Below are positions 22,645 through 33,272 of a stretch of 64,000 bases of DNA, piece after piece (position 1 is the stretch's first letter; each line of letters starts with the position of its first letter). The notes below the pieces were generated by a model that saw only the letters and a program-made list of their open reading frames with translations, did no database searches and was not told the origin of the DNA. The position numbers were made by a program, and so were the translations under genes. The DNA comes from Gemmatimonadota bacterium (GTDB lineage: Bacteria; Gemmatimonadota; Gemmatimonadetes; Longimicrobiales; Longimicrobiaceae), in NCBI GenBank assembly GCA_028287185.1, contig JAQBQD010000155.1, forward strand, positions 33,609 to 97,608. The letters run 5' to 3'.

Positions 22645-23886
22645 TCAGCCGACGGCTTCCTCCTGCGCGGCGACGGCGATCGGCGCGGGGGCGGCCGGCG
22701 CCGCGGGCGGACCGCCCGCCTCGCCCGCGGACATGTCCTCCGCGTCGGGCACCCCCAGCGGGCGCGGCTCGTCCACCGCGGCGACCGGGGCGGCGACGGG
22801 CGCCGTGACGATGGAGAGCGCCGACGCGGCGGGCGGGCCGGCGGAACCGGCGGGCGCATCGAAGGCGGAGGCATCCGAGGCGGGGGCGGAGACGATCGCC
22901 ATGTTGGGCACGGCGATGGTGGCGCGGGCGGACTCGTCGTCGCCGCCCAGCCCGGGCTCTCCCCCCGTCATCACCGAGTTGACGATCTGGTTGAGCTGCC
23001 GCCGCACGTCGTCGCTGCTGGCGCCCGCGGACAGCTTCTGCTGCAGGGCCACCAGGTCGGTCGTCATCTTCATCCGGTGCTGCGAGATCTCCTCGTCGGC
23101 CTTCTGCTTGGCGGCGCGCTCGCGCCCCTCGACCATCGACTTGGCGTCGCCCTGCACCATCGACTCCATGGTCTCCACCAGCCGCGCGATCACGCGGTAC
23201 ACGGCGGCGGCGGAGAAGCCCCCGAGCATGGCCAGCGTGGGCCGCGCGAAGCCGTGGCCGGCGGTGGCGTTGATGGGGATCAGCGTCACCATGATGAGCC
23301 CGGCGATGAGCCCCAGGAGGAACTTGATCCAGTACGACACCTCGTAGCGCGGATCGAAGTTGCGCTGCACCAGGAAGCGGTTGGCCTCGAACAGGGCGTG
23401 GAACGCCGCGCCCATCCCCGCCGCGGACATGAAGAAGAGCTCGTTGACGAGGAGCGGGATGCCCGAGCTCATCAGGATGTCGCCCGCGTCGGGCTTGTCG
23501 TTGTTGATGAGCGGCGACAGGCTGAGGGCGATGAACGCCACCACGCACACGAACGCGGCCAGCGTCATCCGCCGCACGAAGGGAACCGGGCCCAGGAAGC
23601 TGAGCCCGCTGTCCGACTCCTCGTCCAGAAGCACGAGCGACTGGGGCGTGGCCGGCACCACGATCCTGGCGAGCGCCTCGTGTGCCACGGCCAGGCGCTT
23701 GAGGTCCTCGGGCGAGGCCGGCGCCCCGGCCGGCTGCTCGGACGCGGCGCCGATGACCTGCACCGTCCAGGGCGGAACGCGTAGGCCGCGGGCGAAGGCG
23801 AACTCGGCCATCTCCTCGCACTCGCGCAGGATCTGGGCACGGAGCGGGAGCTGGGCGGCCTGGTAGGCCTGCAGGCGGGAGCTCAT
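22645..23886 (-). CDS. Hypothetical integral membrane protein
   Basis: ATG at 23884-23886 (MSSRLQAYQAAQLPLRAQILRECEEMAEFA...); several hydrophobic helices (LAAFVCVVAFIALSL, FLLGLIAGLIMVTLIPI); Ala/Pro-rich tail. Confidence 0.5.
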   Translation of the reverse strand: MSSRLQAYQAAQLPLRAQILRECEEMAEFAFARGLRVPPWTVQVIGAASEQPAGAPASPEDLKRLAVAHEALARIVVPATPQSLVLLDEESDSGLSFLGPVPFVRRMTLAAFVCVVAFIALSLSPLINNDKPDAGDILMSSGIPLLVNELFFMSAAGMGAAFHALFEANRFLVQRNFDPRYEVSYWIKFLLGLIAGLIMVTLIPINATAGHGFARPTLAMLGGFSAAAVYRVIARLVETMESMVQGDAKSMVEGRERAAKQKADEEISQHRMKMTTDLVALQQKLSAGASSDDVRRQLNQIVNSVMTGGEPGLGGDDESARATIAVPNMAIVSAPASDASAFDAPAGSAGPPAASALSIVTAPVAAPVAAVDEPRPLGVPDAEDMSAGEAGGPPAAPAAPAPIAVAAQEEAVG

Positions 23887-24191
23887 CGGAAGACCTCTGG
23901 GGCTGTCGGAAGGGCCGCCGCCCGTGTGTGGGGGGCGCGGCCGTGGCCGGTCGGGAGTGGCGCGGGGAGGGCCCGGGACGGCTGCCGGGGCCGTAAGTAT
24001 GTGCGATAAAACGCCGAAACGCAAGATGTGGCGGAAACGGGCGGCGCCCGTGCTGGCGTGGAAGGTGCCGGGATGGATCGTTACAATGGATACGTCGCCC
24101 CCGCGGCGGCCGCCGTTTAGCTTGTCCCGTGCCCGCCGCGCACCCGCTTGCCCGCGGACGGGCCCACCACCTCCCCTCCACCGCCTTCTCC

Positions 24192-26396
24192 ATGGCCACG
24201 CAGGAGCGATCCGCCCAGCAGCAGCCCGCCCCGCCGGCCCCGCCCGTGCCCCGCGCGGTGGTGCCCATGCCCGTGCCCGAGGGCGCGGACCTGGAGCACC
24301 CTTCGCTGTACTTCAACCGCGAGCTGAGCTGGCTGGACTTCAACTGGCGCGTGCTGCAGCAGGCGCGCGACGGGCGCGTGCCGCTGCTGGAGCGGGTGCG
24401 CTTCGTGGCCATCACCTGCTCCAACCTGGACGAGTTCTTCCAGAAGCGCGTAGGGGGGCTCAAGCAGCAGGAGGCGGCCGGGGTGCTGTCGCTGTCGCGC
24501 GACGGGCGGGCGCCGGCCGAGCAGCTCCAGCTCATCCGCGGCGCCGCGGGGCTCATGCACCAGGTGATGACGGAGACGTGGGAGAAGGAGCTGCGGCCCC
24601 TGCTGCGTCGCGAGGCGGAAGTGGTGGTGTCCGACTGGGCCGGCCTTCGCGCCCCGCAGAAGCTGGCGCTGAGCCGCTGGTTCCGCGAGCAGATCTACCC
24701 CGTGCTCACCCCGCTGGCGGTGGACCCCGGGCACCCGTTTCCCTTCATCAGCAACCTGTCCCTCTCCCTCGCCGTGCTCATGCGGCACGCCGCGCGGGGC
24801 ACGGTGCACTTCGCGCGCATCAAGATCCCCACCTCGCAGGGGCGGTGGATCCGGGTGGAGGGCGCCTTCGCGCGGCACCACTACGTGCCCGTGGAGCAGG
24901 TGATCCAGGCCAACGTGGGCGACCTCTTTCCCGGGATGGAGGTGCAGAGCGCGCACCCCTTCCGCATCACCCGAAGCGCCGCGACGGGCCGCGACGAGGA
25001 GGGTGCCGAGGACCTGCTGGAGGAGATCTCGGAGGAGCTCCGCGAGCGGCGCTTCGCCCCCGTGGTGCGGCTGGAGGTGGACCGCGCCATGCCCCTCGAG
25101 GTGCGCGAGCTGCTGGTGCGCGAGCTGGAGCTGAGCCCCGAGGACCTGTACGAGACGACCGGCCTGATCGCCCCGGCCGACCTGACGGGGCTGGCCGACC
25201 TGGACCTGCCGGAGCACCGCTACCCGGCCTGGGAGCCGGTGGTGCCCGAGCCCTTCCAGCACGAGGGCGAGACGGAGGACGAGCGCAACGTCTTCAGCAT
25301 CATCCGCCGCGGCGACCTGCTGCTGCACCACCCGTACGACTCCTTCTCGGGAAGCGTGCAGCGGCTGGTCGAGGAGGCGGCGGACGACCCGGCGGTGCTG
25401 GCCATCAAGCAGACGCTGTACCGCACGGGCAGCAGCTCGCCCATCGTGAAGGCGCTGCTGCGCGCGGCGGAGCGCGGCAAGCAGGTGGCGGTGCTGGTGG
25501 AGGTGAGCGCGCGCTTCGACGAGGCCAACAACCTGCAGTGGGCCGAGGTGCTGGAGGACGCGGGGGTGCACGTCACCTACGGCCTGGTGGGGCTCAAGAC
25601 GCACGCCAAGGTCACCCTCATCGTGCGCTACGAGGGGGGCCGGCCCCGCACCTACTGCCACATCGGCACGGGCAACTACCACGCGCGCACGGCCCGCATC
25701 TACAGCGACCTGGGGGTGATGACCTGCGATCCCGCGCTGGGGCTGGACCTGGTGAACGTCTTCCACTTCCTCACCGGCTACGCGCCCGACCAGCAGTACG
25801 CCAGCCTGGTCGTCGCCCCGCGCGACATGCGCCGCGTGTTCGAGGAGCGCATCCGCGCCGAGGTGGAGACGCAGCGGGCGGGCGGCACGGGCCGCATCGT
25901 CGCCAAGCTCAACGCGCTGGACGACGACGGGATCATCCAGGCGCTGTACCGGGCCAGCCAGGCCGGCGTGCGGGTGGACCTGGTGGTGCGCGGCCACTGC
26001 CGCCTGCGTCCGGGGCTTCCCGGCTACAGCGAGAACATCCGCGTGCGCAGCATCGTGGGCCGCTTTCTGGAGCACGACCGCGTGTACTGCTTCGGCAACG
26101 GCGGCGATCCCGTCATCTACCTGGGCAGCGCGGACTGGCGCCGCCGCAACCTGGCCGAGCGCGTGGAGGCCATGGTGCCGGTGCTGGACCCCGCCCTGCG
26201 CGCCCGCCTGGTGCACGTGCTGGAGGTGGCGCTGGCCGACAACCGCCTGGCCTGGGAGCTGGCCGCCGACGGCCAGTACGTGCAACTCCATCCTTCCCCC
26301 GGCGAGCCCGAGGTCGACTACCAGGACACGATGATGCGCGAAGCCCTGGAGCGCTCGCGCAAGGGCGGGCGCCCGTGGGAGCTGGCGGAGGCGTAG
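24192..26396 (+). CDS. ppk: Polyphosphate kinase 1
   Basis: ATG at 24192 (MATQERSAQQQ...); LYFNRELSWLDFNWRVLQQA, FVAITCSNLDEFFQKRV and two PLD-like HxK motifs (LKTHAKVTLIV) are diagnostic of PPK1. Confidence 0.9.
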   Translation: MATQERSAQQQPAPPAPPVPRAVVPMPVPEGADLEHPSLYFNRELSWLDFNWRVLQQARDGRVPLLERVRFVAITCSNLDEFFQKRVGGLKQQEAAGVLSLSRDGRAPAEQLQLIRGAAGLMHQVMTETWEKELRPLLRREAEVVVSDWAGLRAPQKLALSRWFREQIYPVLTPLAVDPGHPFPFISNLSLSLAVLMRHAARGTVHFARIKIPTSQGRWIRVEGAFARHHYVPVEQVIQANVGDLFPGMEVQSAHPFRITRSAATGRDEEGAEDLLEEISEELRERRFAPVVRLEVDRAMPLEVRELLVRELELSPEDLYETTGLIAPADLTGLADLDLPEHRYPAWEPVVPEPFQHEGETEDERNVFSIIRRGDLLLHHPYDSFSGSVQRLVEEAADDPAVLAIKQTLYRTGSSSPIVKALLRAAERGKQVAVLVEVSARFDEANNLQWAEVLEDAGVHVTYGLVGLKTHAKVTLIVRYEGGRPRTYCHIGTGNYHARTARIYSDLGVMTCDPALGLDLVNVFHFLTGYAPDQQYASLVVAPRDMRRVFEERIRAEVETQRAGGTGRIVAKLNALDDDGIIQALYRASQAGVRVDLVVRGHCRLRPGLPGYSENIRVRSIVGRFLEHDRVYCFGNGGDPVIYLGSADWRRRNLAERVEAMVPVLDPALRARLVHVLEVALADNRLAWELAADGQYVQLHPSPGEPEVDYQDTMMREALERSRKGGRPWELAEA

Positions 26397-26549
26397 CACG
26401 AGACCTGCGCTTCTGCCGTGGATGGGAAGATCCCCCGGACCTCTCCAGAGGCTGGGGGATCTTCTCATCCAAAAGCGTCCCGGTCCGCTCCATGCACTCG
26501 CCTCGCCGGTCCCATCTCTGCTCCTGACCCACCGGAACCATCGCTCCCG

Positions 26550-28289
26550 ATGCCGAACGACACCGCCGCGCGGGTGGCCGAATGCATCGCGGGCGCCCAC
26601 GCGGCGCTGGCGGAGGGGTTCGTGGCGCTCACCCGCCGCGCGCCGGGCCGCTTCGCGCGGCGGGAGTGGGCCCAGGGGCAGGCGGACGCCCGCGCCCGCC
26701 TGGAGCTGTACCCGCACGCGGTGCAGGCCGCCGTCGCCGAGGTGCAGGCGCTCGTGGCCGCGGAAGGGTGGAGCGGCGAGCAGGCGGTGGAGGCCAAGTG
26801 GCTGTTCGTGGACCGCATCGCCGAGCGGGACGACGCGGAGCTGGCGGAAACCTTCTACAACTCCGTGGTGCGGCGCGTGTTCGAGACGGTGGGCGTGAAC
26901 GCGGAGGCGGAGTTCACGGCCACGGTGCCCGTCCATGGGCGCGGGGGCGAGCGGGCGATCGGGTTCCGGTCGTATCCGATCGACGATCGAGAAGACGTGT
27001 CGGCGGATCTCGTCCGGCGGATGCTGGTGGAGGCGGCGCCGGACCTTTCGTGGGCCGACCTGACGGGCGATGCCGCGCTCGTGGCGCGGAGCGTCTCCCG
27101 GGATATGGCTTCCCCCGGCGCGGCAGGGGAGAGGTTCGGCTGCGTCCAGGTGCTGCCGGCGCTGTTCTATCGCAACAAGGGCGCGTACCTGGTCGGGCGG
27201 ATGGTCCATGCTGACTGGGACGGGCCTCCGCTGCCGCTCATCCTGGCGCTGGTGCACCCGGAGGGCGGGGTGCGGGTGGACGCGGCGCTCACCACAGCGG
27301 ACGAGGCGAGCGTCGTGTTCGGCTTCACCCGCTCGTACTTCCAGGTGGAGACGGCGCGGCCGTGCGCGGTGGTGGAGTTCCTGGGGTCGGTGATGCCGAT
27401 GAAGCCCGTGCACGAGCTGTACACGGCCATCGGCTACCACAAGCACGGCAAGACGGAGCTGTATCGCGAGCTGCGCGACCACCTCCGCTCGCCCGACGCG
27501 CGCTTCGAGGCGGCGGCGGGCGTGCCGGGCATGGTGATGGCGGTGTTCACGCTGCCGTCGCAGGCGGTGGTGTTCAAGGTCATCCGCGACCATTTTGCGC
27601 AGCCCAAGGACACCTCGCGGCGCCAGGTGATGGCCAAGTACGATCTGGTGTTCCGCCACGACCGCGTGGGCCGCCTGGCCGACGCGCAGGAGTTCGAGCA
27701 CCTCACCTTTCCGCGGCGCTGCTTTCCGGATGCGCTGCTGGCCTCGCTCGTGGCCGACGCGGGGGCCACCGTGAGCGCGGAGGGCGACTGCGTGGTGGTG
27801 CGCCACCTGTACACCGAGCGCCGGGTGCGGCCGCTGGACCTGTTCCTCCGCGAGTCGGGCGCGGACGAGGCCCGCGACGCGGTGGTGGACTACGGGCAGG
27901 CCATCAAGGACCTGGCCGCCGCCAACCTTTTTCCCGGCGACCTGCTGCTCAAGAACTTCGGCGTGACGCGGCACGGGCGCGTGCTGTTCTACGACTACGA
28001 CGAGATCTCGCTGCTAGCCGACTGCCGCTTCCGCACCATCCCCACCGCCCGTTCCGACGAGGACGAGATGTCCGCCGATGCGTGGTATTCGGTGGACGAC
28101 GGCGACGTGTTCCCGGAGGAGTTCCTTCCCTTCCTGGTCCCGCCCGGCCCCCTGCGCGACGCGTTCCTGGAGGCGCACGGCGACCTGCTGAGCGTGCGCT
28201 TCTGGCGGCGCATGCAGGCAAGCCAGGCCGCGGGTGAGATCCCCGACTTCCATCCGTACCGCGCGTCGCGTCGCCTGGGCACGGAGTAG
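26550..28289 (+). CDS. aceK: Isocitrate dehydrogenase kinase/phosphatase
   Basis: ATG at 26550 (MPNDTAARVAECIAGAHAALAEGF...); 579 aa; AceK-like kinase-domain motifs (LLLKNFGVTRHGRVLFYDYDEISLL, MAKYDLVFRHDRVGRL). Confidence 0.8.
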   Translation: MPNDTAARVAECIAGAHAALAEGFVALTRRAPGRFARREWAQGQADARARLELYPHAVQAAVAEVQALVAAEGWSGEQAVEAKWLFVDRIAERDDAELAETFYNSVVRRVFETVGVNAEAEFTATVPVHGRGGERAIGFRSYPIDDREDVSADLVRRMLVEAAPDLSWADLTGDAALVARSVSRDMASPGAAGERFGCVQVLPALFYRNKGAYLVGRMVHADWDGPPLPLILALVHPEGGVRVDAALTTADEASVVFGFTRSYFQVETARPCAVVEFLGSVMPMKPVHELYTAIGYHKHGKTELYRELRDHLRSPDARFEAAAGVPGMVMAVFTLPSQAVVFKVIRDHFAQPKDTSRRQVMAKYDLVFRHDRVGRLADAQEFEHLTFPRRCFPDALLASLVADAGATVSAEGDCVVVRHLYTERRVRPLDLFLRESGADEARDAVVDYGQAIKDLAAANLFPGDLLLKNFGVTRHGRVLFYDYDEISLLADCRFRTIPTARSDEDEMSADAWYSVDDGDVFPEEFLPFLVPPGPLRDAFLEAHGDLLSVRFWRRMQASQAAGEIPDFHPYRASRRLGTE

Positions 28290-28512
28290 TCCTGCGCGAA
28301 GTCGATCGACCTTCGTCGCCCGCGGAGACGGGCCGAACGGGGTCGGCGAGCCGGGCCGCGGATCAACTCCACAGAGCCGTGCAAACCGAAGCGGCTGCGG
28401 CACCTGCGCGGTCGGGCTACGTCACGCGGAAGCGCGGGGCAGGCCTCCGGCTCGCATACGTTCCATGCGTGCCGGTGACGACCCCCTTCGCGTTGGAAGC
28501 AGGAGCCGAGAG

Positions 28513-29196
28513 ATGTCCGCAGCGTTCCCCGTCCCGTTCGTCCGTCCCCTGGCGAAGGCCGCGTGCCTGGCGCTCGCCGTGTCGTCCGCCGGCTGCTCGG
28601 CTCTGTGCGGGGGCGCGGAGGAGCAGGCCGTCAGCGCCGGCACGGACCCCGCCCTGACGCTGGACCGCGGCGCCGGCGCGCCCCCCGTGCAGGTGCAGCT
28701 CCAGGGGCGCATCACCCCCTCCGAGCTGGGCAGGGCAGACTTCGACGCGGTGTTCGGGTCGCTCGGCGAGGGCCGGGGCGCATCCGCCGTCGCCGTGAGC
28801 CTGGGCGGCGAAGACCCCGCCACGCACGAGCAGGTGGCCCTCACGCTGGTGCTGCCGTCCCCCATGCACGAGGGCGACACGTACCCCATCACGAGCACCC
28901 TCCGGATCGCTCCCAACCCCGGCGCGGCAGCGGTCTGGGGCGCGCGCACACCGCCGGCCGGAGGCGGGGCGGCGGTCGCCCTCTCCACCTTCACCTACAC
29001 CTTTCCTCCCGCCGCGTATCACGTGCAGTTCCAGGCCGCGACGGCCACGGGAAGCGCGCGCGTGCTGGACCGCTACCGCGGCGTCGGCTTCTCGCTGGGC
29101 ATCGACCTGGTGGGCACGGACGACGCGGGCCGCGCCATCCACGTGCAGGGCAGGGTGACCGCCGTCACCGAGCGCTACACGCCGCCGTGCACCTGA
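28513..29196 (+). CDS. Hypothetical lipoprotein
   Basis: ATG at 28513, MSAAFPVPFVRPLAKAACLALAVSSAGCSALCGG (signal + lipobox); no recognisable domain. Confidence 0.5.
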   Translation: MSAAFPVPFVRPLAKAACLALAVSSAGCSALCGGAEEQAVSAGTDPALTLDRGAGAPPVQVQLQGRITPSELGRADFDAVFGSLGEGRGASAVAVSLGGEDPATHEQVALTLVLPSPMHEGDTYPITSTLRIAPNPGAAAVWGARTPPAGGGAAVALSTFTYTFPPAAYHVQFQAATATGSARVLDRYRGVGFSLGIDLVGTDDAGRAIHVQGRVTAVTERYTPPCT

Positions 29197-29299
29197 TCGG
29201 CCGGAGATCCGGTCCTGGGTAGCCCGGCCGCCAGAGAGCATCGGCCCCGGCTCCGGGGGTGGGAGCCTGGGCAGGCCTATGTATTCCGCTCGAATCCGC

Positions 29300-29839
29300 T
29301 CAGAGCCGGATATTCACCGCCAGCCCGTGCGAATTGGCCGTGACGGTGGGGGCGATGGAAACGCCGCCCGGCGTGCGGGCATCGCTCCAGCGCTCTCGCG
29401 GGAACAACGCGCCGGCCAGCGCTCCGCCCAGCGCGCCGCCGACCGCGCCGATCATCGCGTTCGTGCCGGTGGAGCGGGTGTCGTCCTTCATGTAGGTAAG
29501 GGTGGCCGCCATGCCTGTACCGATGCCCAGGGAGGCGCCCAGCCCCGCGCTCTTTCCTCGACTGGGGACGCCGAGGCTCACGTACGTATGCCGCACCACG
29601 GCTCGCGGTACGCGGACCGGGGCAGCGCCGGGGGTCGGCTCCACGGAGAGCGAGGTCGAGTCGGCTGCCACCAGCGTACCGCGGATCTGCCGTTTCATGA
29701 GCCCCTCTCCCCCCGGCTGCCCGTGCCCGAGAAGCAGCATCACGCGCTGGCCGGGCTGCGGCGTCGGGCTCTGCGCCGTGGCGGGCGCGGCGAACGCGAG
29801 GAGGGCGGCGAGCGCCAGGATGGGCTTGATCGTACGCAT
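29300..29839 (-). CDS. Secreted glycine-zipper protein (paralog of 40381-41322)
   Basis: Signal peptide MRTIKPILALAALLAFAAPATAQ; C-terminal GAVGGALGGALAGALF glycine-zipper. Confidence 0.55.
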   Translation of the reverse strand: MRTIKPILALAALLAFAAPATAQSPTPQPGQRVMLLLGHGQPGGEGLMKRQIRGTLVAADSTSLSVEPTPGAAPVRVPRAVVRHTYVSLGVPSRGKSAGLGASLGIGTGMAATLTYMKDDTRSTGTNAMIGAVGGALGGALAGALFPRERWSDARTPGGVSIAPTVTANSHGLAVNIRL

Positions 29840-30162
29840 GGAAGGCTCCCGTTACGGATGACGAAGGACCAGCGGAGTACCGTGTTCGAGGGCAAGGCAA
29901 GGGCCCACAAGGAATGTCTCGAACCATCCCATTGTCGGGTTGGAAGATACGCGCGCGGTCCGCGTGCGCGACCGACGTCGTGTGGGGGCATGACTGTTCC
30001 ATCGGAGGGACACAGGTGTACCTGCAGCGCCCCAGAACCGGTGCCGCCCATGGTCACCGGCTCGCGAAGCCGACGTGGTCCCTGACGGCGGACGAGACCG
30101 TACCGTACAGCGCCCGAAGACGGTAGATTGGTGGACACGCGATCCACCCTTCCACACCGGCG

Positions 30163-31389
30163 ATGGACACCACTCCCGACGGCACCCGGCGCATCCTGCT
30201 GGCCGACTGCGACTCGTACTTCGTGCGCTGCGCCATGCTCGCCGACCCGGAGGGGGCGGGCCGGGCGGAGCTGCTGATCGTGGGCGGCAAGGCGACCGGG
30301 CGCGGGGTGGTGACGTCGGCCAGCTACGCGGCCCGAAAGTACGGCGTGCACGCGGGGATGCCGTCGTCGCAGGCCATGCGGCTGTGCCCGGGGGCCATGC
30401 TGGTGCCCGTGCCGGGTGAGATGGTGGGGCGCAAGCACGACGAGGTGCGCGCCGTGCTGGACCGCTTCAGCCCCGTGGTGGAGGCGGCCAGCGTGGACGA
30501 GTTCTACCTGGACCTGACGGGCACGGAGCGCCTGTACGGGGGCGAGCCCCTGGAAGACACCGCCCGCCGCATGCAGGCCGCGGTGATGGACGAGACGGGG
30601 ATTGCGATCTCGGTGGGCGCCTCCACGCAGCGCATGCTGGCCAAGATGGCGGCGTCGGTGAACAAGCCCATGGGCGTGTTCGTGGTGCCGCCGGGGCGAG
30701 AGGAGGAGTTCATGCTGCGCTTCGAGCTGGGCGACATTCCCGGCGTGGGACCGGCGTTCCAGGAGTCGCTGCGGCGGCGCGGCGCCCGCACCGTGCGCGA
30801 CATCGCGGCGCTGGACGAGGACACGCTGGCGGCGTGGCTGGGCGACTCGCGGGGGCGCTGGCTGCACGCGGTGGCGCACGGGCGCGACCCCTCGCGCGTG
30901 CACGAGCGCTCGCCGCAGAAGTCGGTGAGCACCGAGCGCACCTTTCCCGTGGACATCGACGACGACGAGGAGCTTCGCGCCCGGCTGCTGTCGCTGGCCG
31001 GCGAGACGGGGGCGGCGCTGCGCGAGGACGGGCATCGGGGCCGCACCATCACCGTGCGCGTGCGCGACGGGGACTTCACCGACCGCTCGCGGAGCCGCAC
31101 GGTGCCCCAGCCCGTGCAGTCCGACCGCGCCATCTACGGCGTGGCGCTGGAGCTGCTGGCCGAGCTGCGCGCCCGGCGCCGCGGCGGGGTGCGCCTGCTG
31201 GGCGTGGGCGTGTCGCGCCTCAGCACGGGCGACGCGGACGCGCCGCTCACCTTCTTCGGGCCCGACGAGTCGCTGGAAAGCCCCCGCGACCGCACGCTCT
31301 CGGAGGTGTCGGACCGGCTGCGGCGCCGCTTCGGCAAGGGCGCCATCGTGCCCGGACGCATCGCGCCGACGCCTCCGAGGAAGGAATAG
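30163..31389 (+). CDS. dinB: DNA polymerase IV (Y-family translesion polymerase)
   Basis: MDTTPDGTRRILLADCDSYFVRCAML..., SVDEFYLDLTG, IPGVGP motifs typical of DinB/UmuC family; 408 aa. Confidence 0.9.
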   Translation: MDTTPDGTRRILLADCDSYFVRCAMLADPEGAGRAELLIVGGKATGRGVVTSASYAARKYGVHAGMPSSQAMRLCPGAMLVPVPGEMVGRKHDEVRAVLDRFSPVVEAASVDEFYLDLTGTERLYGGEPLEDTARRMQAAVMDETGIAISVGASTQRMLAKMAASVNKPMGVFVVPPGREEEFMLRFELGDIPGVGPAFQESLRRRGARTVRDIAALDEDTLAAWLGDSRGRWLHAVAHGRDPSRVHERSPQKSVSTERTFPVDIDDDEELRARLLSLAGETGAALREDGHRGRTITVRVRDGDFTDRSRSRTVPQPVQSDRAIYGVALELLAELRARRRGGVRLLGVGVSRLSTGDADAPLTFFGPDESLESPRDRTLSEVSDRLRRRFGKGAIVPGRIAPTPPRKE

Positions 31390-31537
31390 CTTCCCCCGGC
31401 GCCCCTCCGGCGCTAAGCTCCTGCGAAACCAGCGCCTTCCGCGTCGCGTAGGGATGCCCGCGCCCGTGGGTGTCCGGCCGCACGGGGCCGCCTCGCGGCT
31501 CCCTCATCCCCGTCCCGCTGTCCAGGAGAAGCCTTTC

Positions 31538-32464
31538 ATGCCCATCAGCCAGATCCCCATCGGCCGCCCCCGCTCGCCCGAGGCCGGCAACCTGGTGCTG
31601 GGGATCGCCCGCAAGCTCCCGTGGATCATCGGCGCGCTGCTGGTGGTCTCGCTGTTCTCGGGCATGTTCACGTACATCAACCCCGGCTACGTGGGCATCA
31701 AGATCGACAAGCTGGCCGGCGGGGTGGAGCGCACTCCCCTGCAGCCGGGCATCCACTTCAAGGCCCCGTTCGCCACGGAGATCGAGGAGTATCCCATCTA
31801 CATGCAGACGCTGGTGCTGACCCGCAGCGCCGGCGAGGGCTCCACGGGCAACGACGAGATCAACGTCAACAGCATCGAGGGGCAGCCCATCTCCATCGAC
31901 GTGTCGCTCTCGTTCGAGCTGGATCCCAGCCGCACGCCGCGCCTGTACACCACCTTCCGCACGGACATCGTCTCCATCCAGCACGGCTTCGTGAAGCAGG
32001 CCATCCGCCAGGTGCTGCAGGAGGTGATCGGCAGCGAGGAGATCGCCTCCATCCTGGGCCCCAAGAAGGCCGAGACGGTGGCCCGCGCCCAGCGCCTGCT
32101 CACGGACCGCCTGTCCACCTACGGCTTCATCGTCAAGCAGTTCACGGTGAACGAGATCCGCGCGCCGCAGGCGGTGATGGAGGCCATCAACACCAAGAAC
32201 GTGATGCAGCAGCAGGCGCTGACCGCCCAGAACGAGCTGCAGAAGAACACCTTCCAGGCCCAGGGCGACAGCATCAAGGCCGCCGGCCGCGCCATGGCCA
32301 TCCTGGGCGAGGCGCGCGCCCAGGCCGAGGCGAACCGGCTGCTCAGCCAGAGCATCACGCCCACGCTGGTGCAGTACGAGATGACGAAGAAGTGGAACGG
32401 CCAGATGCCGCAGGTGACGGGCGGCGCCACGCCCCTTCTCCAGCTCTCCCCCACCAAGCCGTAG
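31538..32464 (+). CDS. SPFH/band-7 (prohibitin/HflKC-like) membrane protein
   Basis: ATG at 31538 with aggagaa RBS; N-terminal TM helix then band-7 domain (VGIKIDKLAGGVERTPLQPGIHFKAPFATEIEEYPI...). Confidence 0.8.
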   Translation: MPISQIPIGRPRSPEAGNLVLGIARKLPWIIGALLVVSLFSGMFTYINPGYVGIKIDKLAGGVERTPLQPGIHFKAPFATEIEEYPIYMQTLVLTRSAGEGSTGNDEINVNSIEGQPISIDVSLSFELDPSRTPRLYTTFRTDIVSIQHGFVKQAIRQVLQEVIGSEEIASILGPKKAETVARAQRLLTDRLSTYGFIVKQFTVNEIRAPQAVMEAINTKNVMQQQALTAQNELQKNTFQAQGDSIKAAGRAMAILGEARAQAEANRLLSQSITPTLVQYEMTKKWNGQMPQVTGGATPLLQLSPTKP

Positions 32465-32557
32465 CCCCTCCGGCCGCCACGCCGGCGGATCGGCCCACGG
32501 TGTGAAACGACGCGGCGCCCCCTGTCGGAACGGGGGGCGCCGCGCCAGCTTGGGGGG

Positions 32558-33112
32558 ATGACGAGCACCCTTCCCGACGCGCTCTCGGTGCTGTCGGCCA
32601 TGATCACGCCCGCCGTGCTGATCTCGGCCTGCGGCTCGCTGATCATGGCCACCTCCGGCCGGCTGAACCGCGCGGTGGACCGGGCCCGCGAGCTGGCCGG
32701 CCTGTTCGCCGCGCTCCAGGCCGCGCCGCCCGGCGGCGAGATGCTGGACGAGGAGCGCCGCATGCTCTTCGCGCAGCTCGACCTCAGCACCTCGCGCTCG
32801 CGGCTGCTGCAGCGGGCGCTGGCGCGGCTGTACTCGGCGCTGGGCACCTTCGTGGGCACCAGCGTGGCGATCGGCATCGTGGCCGTCAGCGGACGGCAGT
32901 ACACGTGGCTGCCCGTGGGCCTCGGCCTGCTGGGCGCCGCGCTGCTGCTGTACGCCAGCCTGCTGCTGGTGCGCGAGTCGCGCGTTGCCCTGGCCGCGCT
33001 GGAGGCCGAGATGGACTTCATCTGGAGCCAGGGCCGCCACCGCGCCACGCCCGAGCTGCTGAACCTGCACCGATCCGCCGAGGGAGGCTTCTTCCGCCGC
33101 CGGCGCAAGTAG
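32558..33112 (+). CDS. DUF2721-family membrane protein
   Basis: MTSTLPDALSVLSAMITPAVLISACGSLIMATSGRLNRAVDRAREL matches the DUF2721 N-terminal pattern; 2-3 TM helices. Confidence 0.5.
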   Translation: MTSTLPDALSVLSAMITPAVLISACGSLIMATSGRLNRAVDRARELAGLFAALQAAPPGGEMLDEERRMLFAQLDLSTSRSRLLQRALARLYSALGTFVGTSVAIGIVAVSGRQYTWLPVGLGLLGAALLLYASLLLVRESRVALAALEAEMDFIWSQGRHRATPELLNLHRSAEGGFFRRRRK

Positions 33113-33272
33113 ACCGCACGGCCGATCATCGATTCGGCCGGTCGATGCGGCTGGATCGTGCGGGGTTCGAATCGACCGGCGACAGGACGCGGCGCTTCCA
33201 GAAGATCGGGAGCGCCGCGCCTGCTTTCTGTGATCGCCGGCCTTTTGAGGTTTCTCGGTCATAGACAGCCCA

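Noticed and set aside
29840-30162. Possible LexA/SOS operator upstream of dinB (GTACcGTAC, scattered CGAAC/GTTC half-sites)
   Set aside because: No compact palindrome matches a known LexA box class (CTGT-N8-ACAG, CGAACRNRYGTTCG, GTTC-N7-GTTC). The half-sites are too dispersed to call.
33155-33185. tRNA-like T-loop sequence gcggggttcgaatcgaccggc
   Set aside because: It contains GGTTCGAAT, but the flanking bases cannot form a T-stem, acceptor stem or the rest of a cloverleaf. No tRNA gene is supported anywhere in the window.
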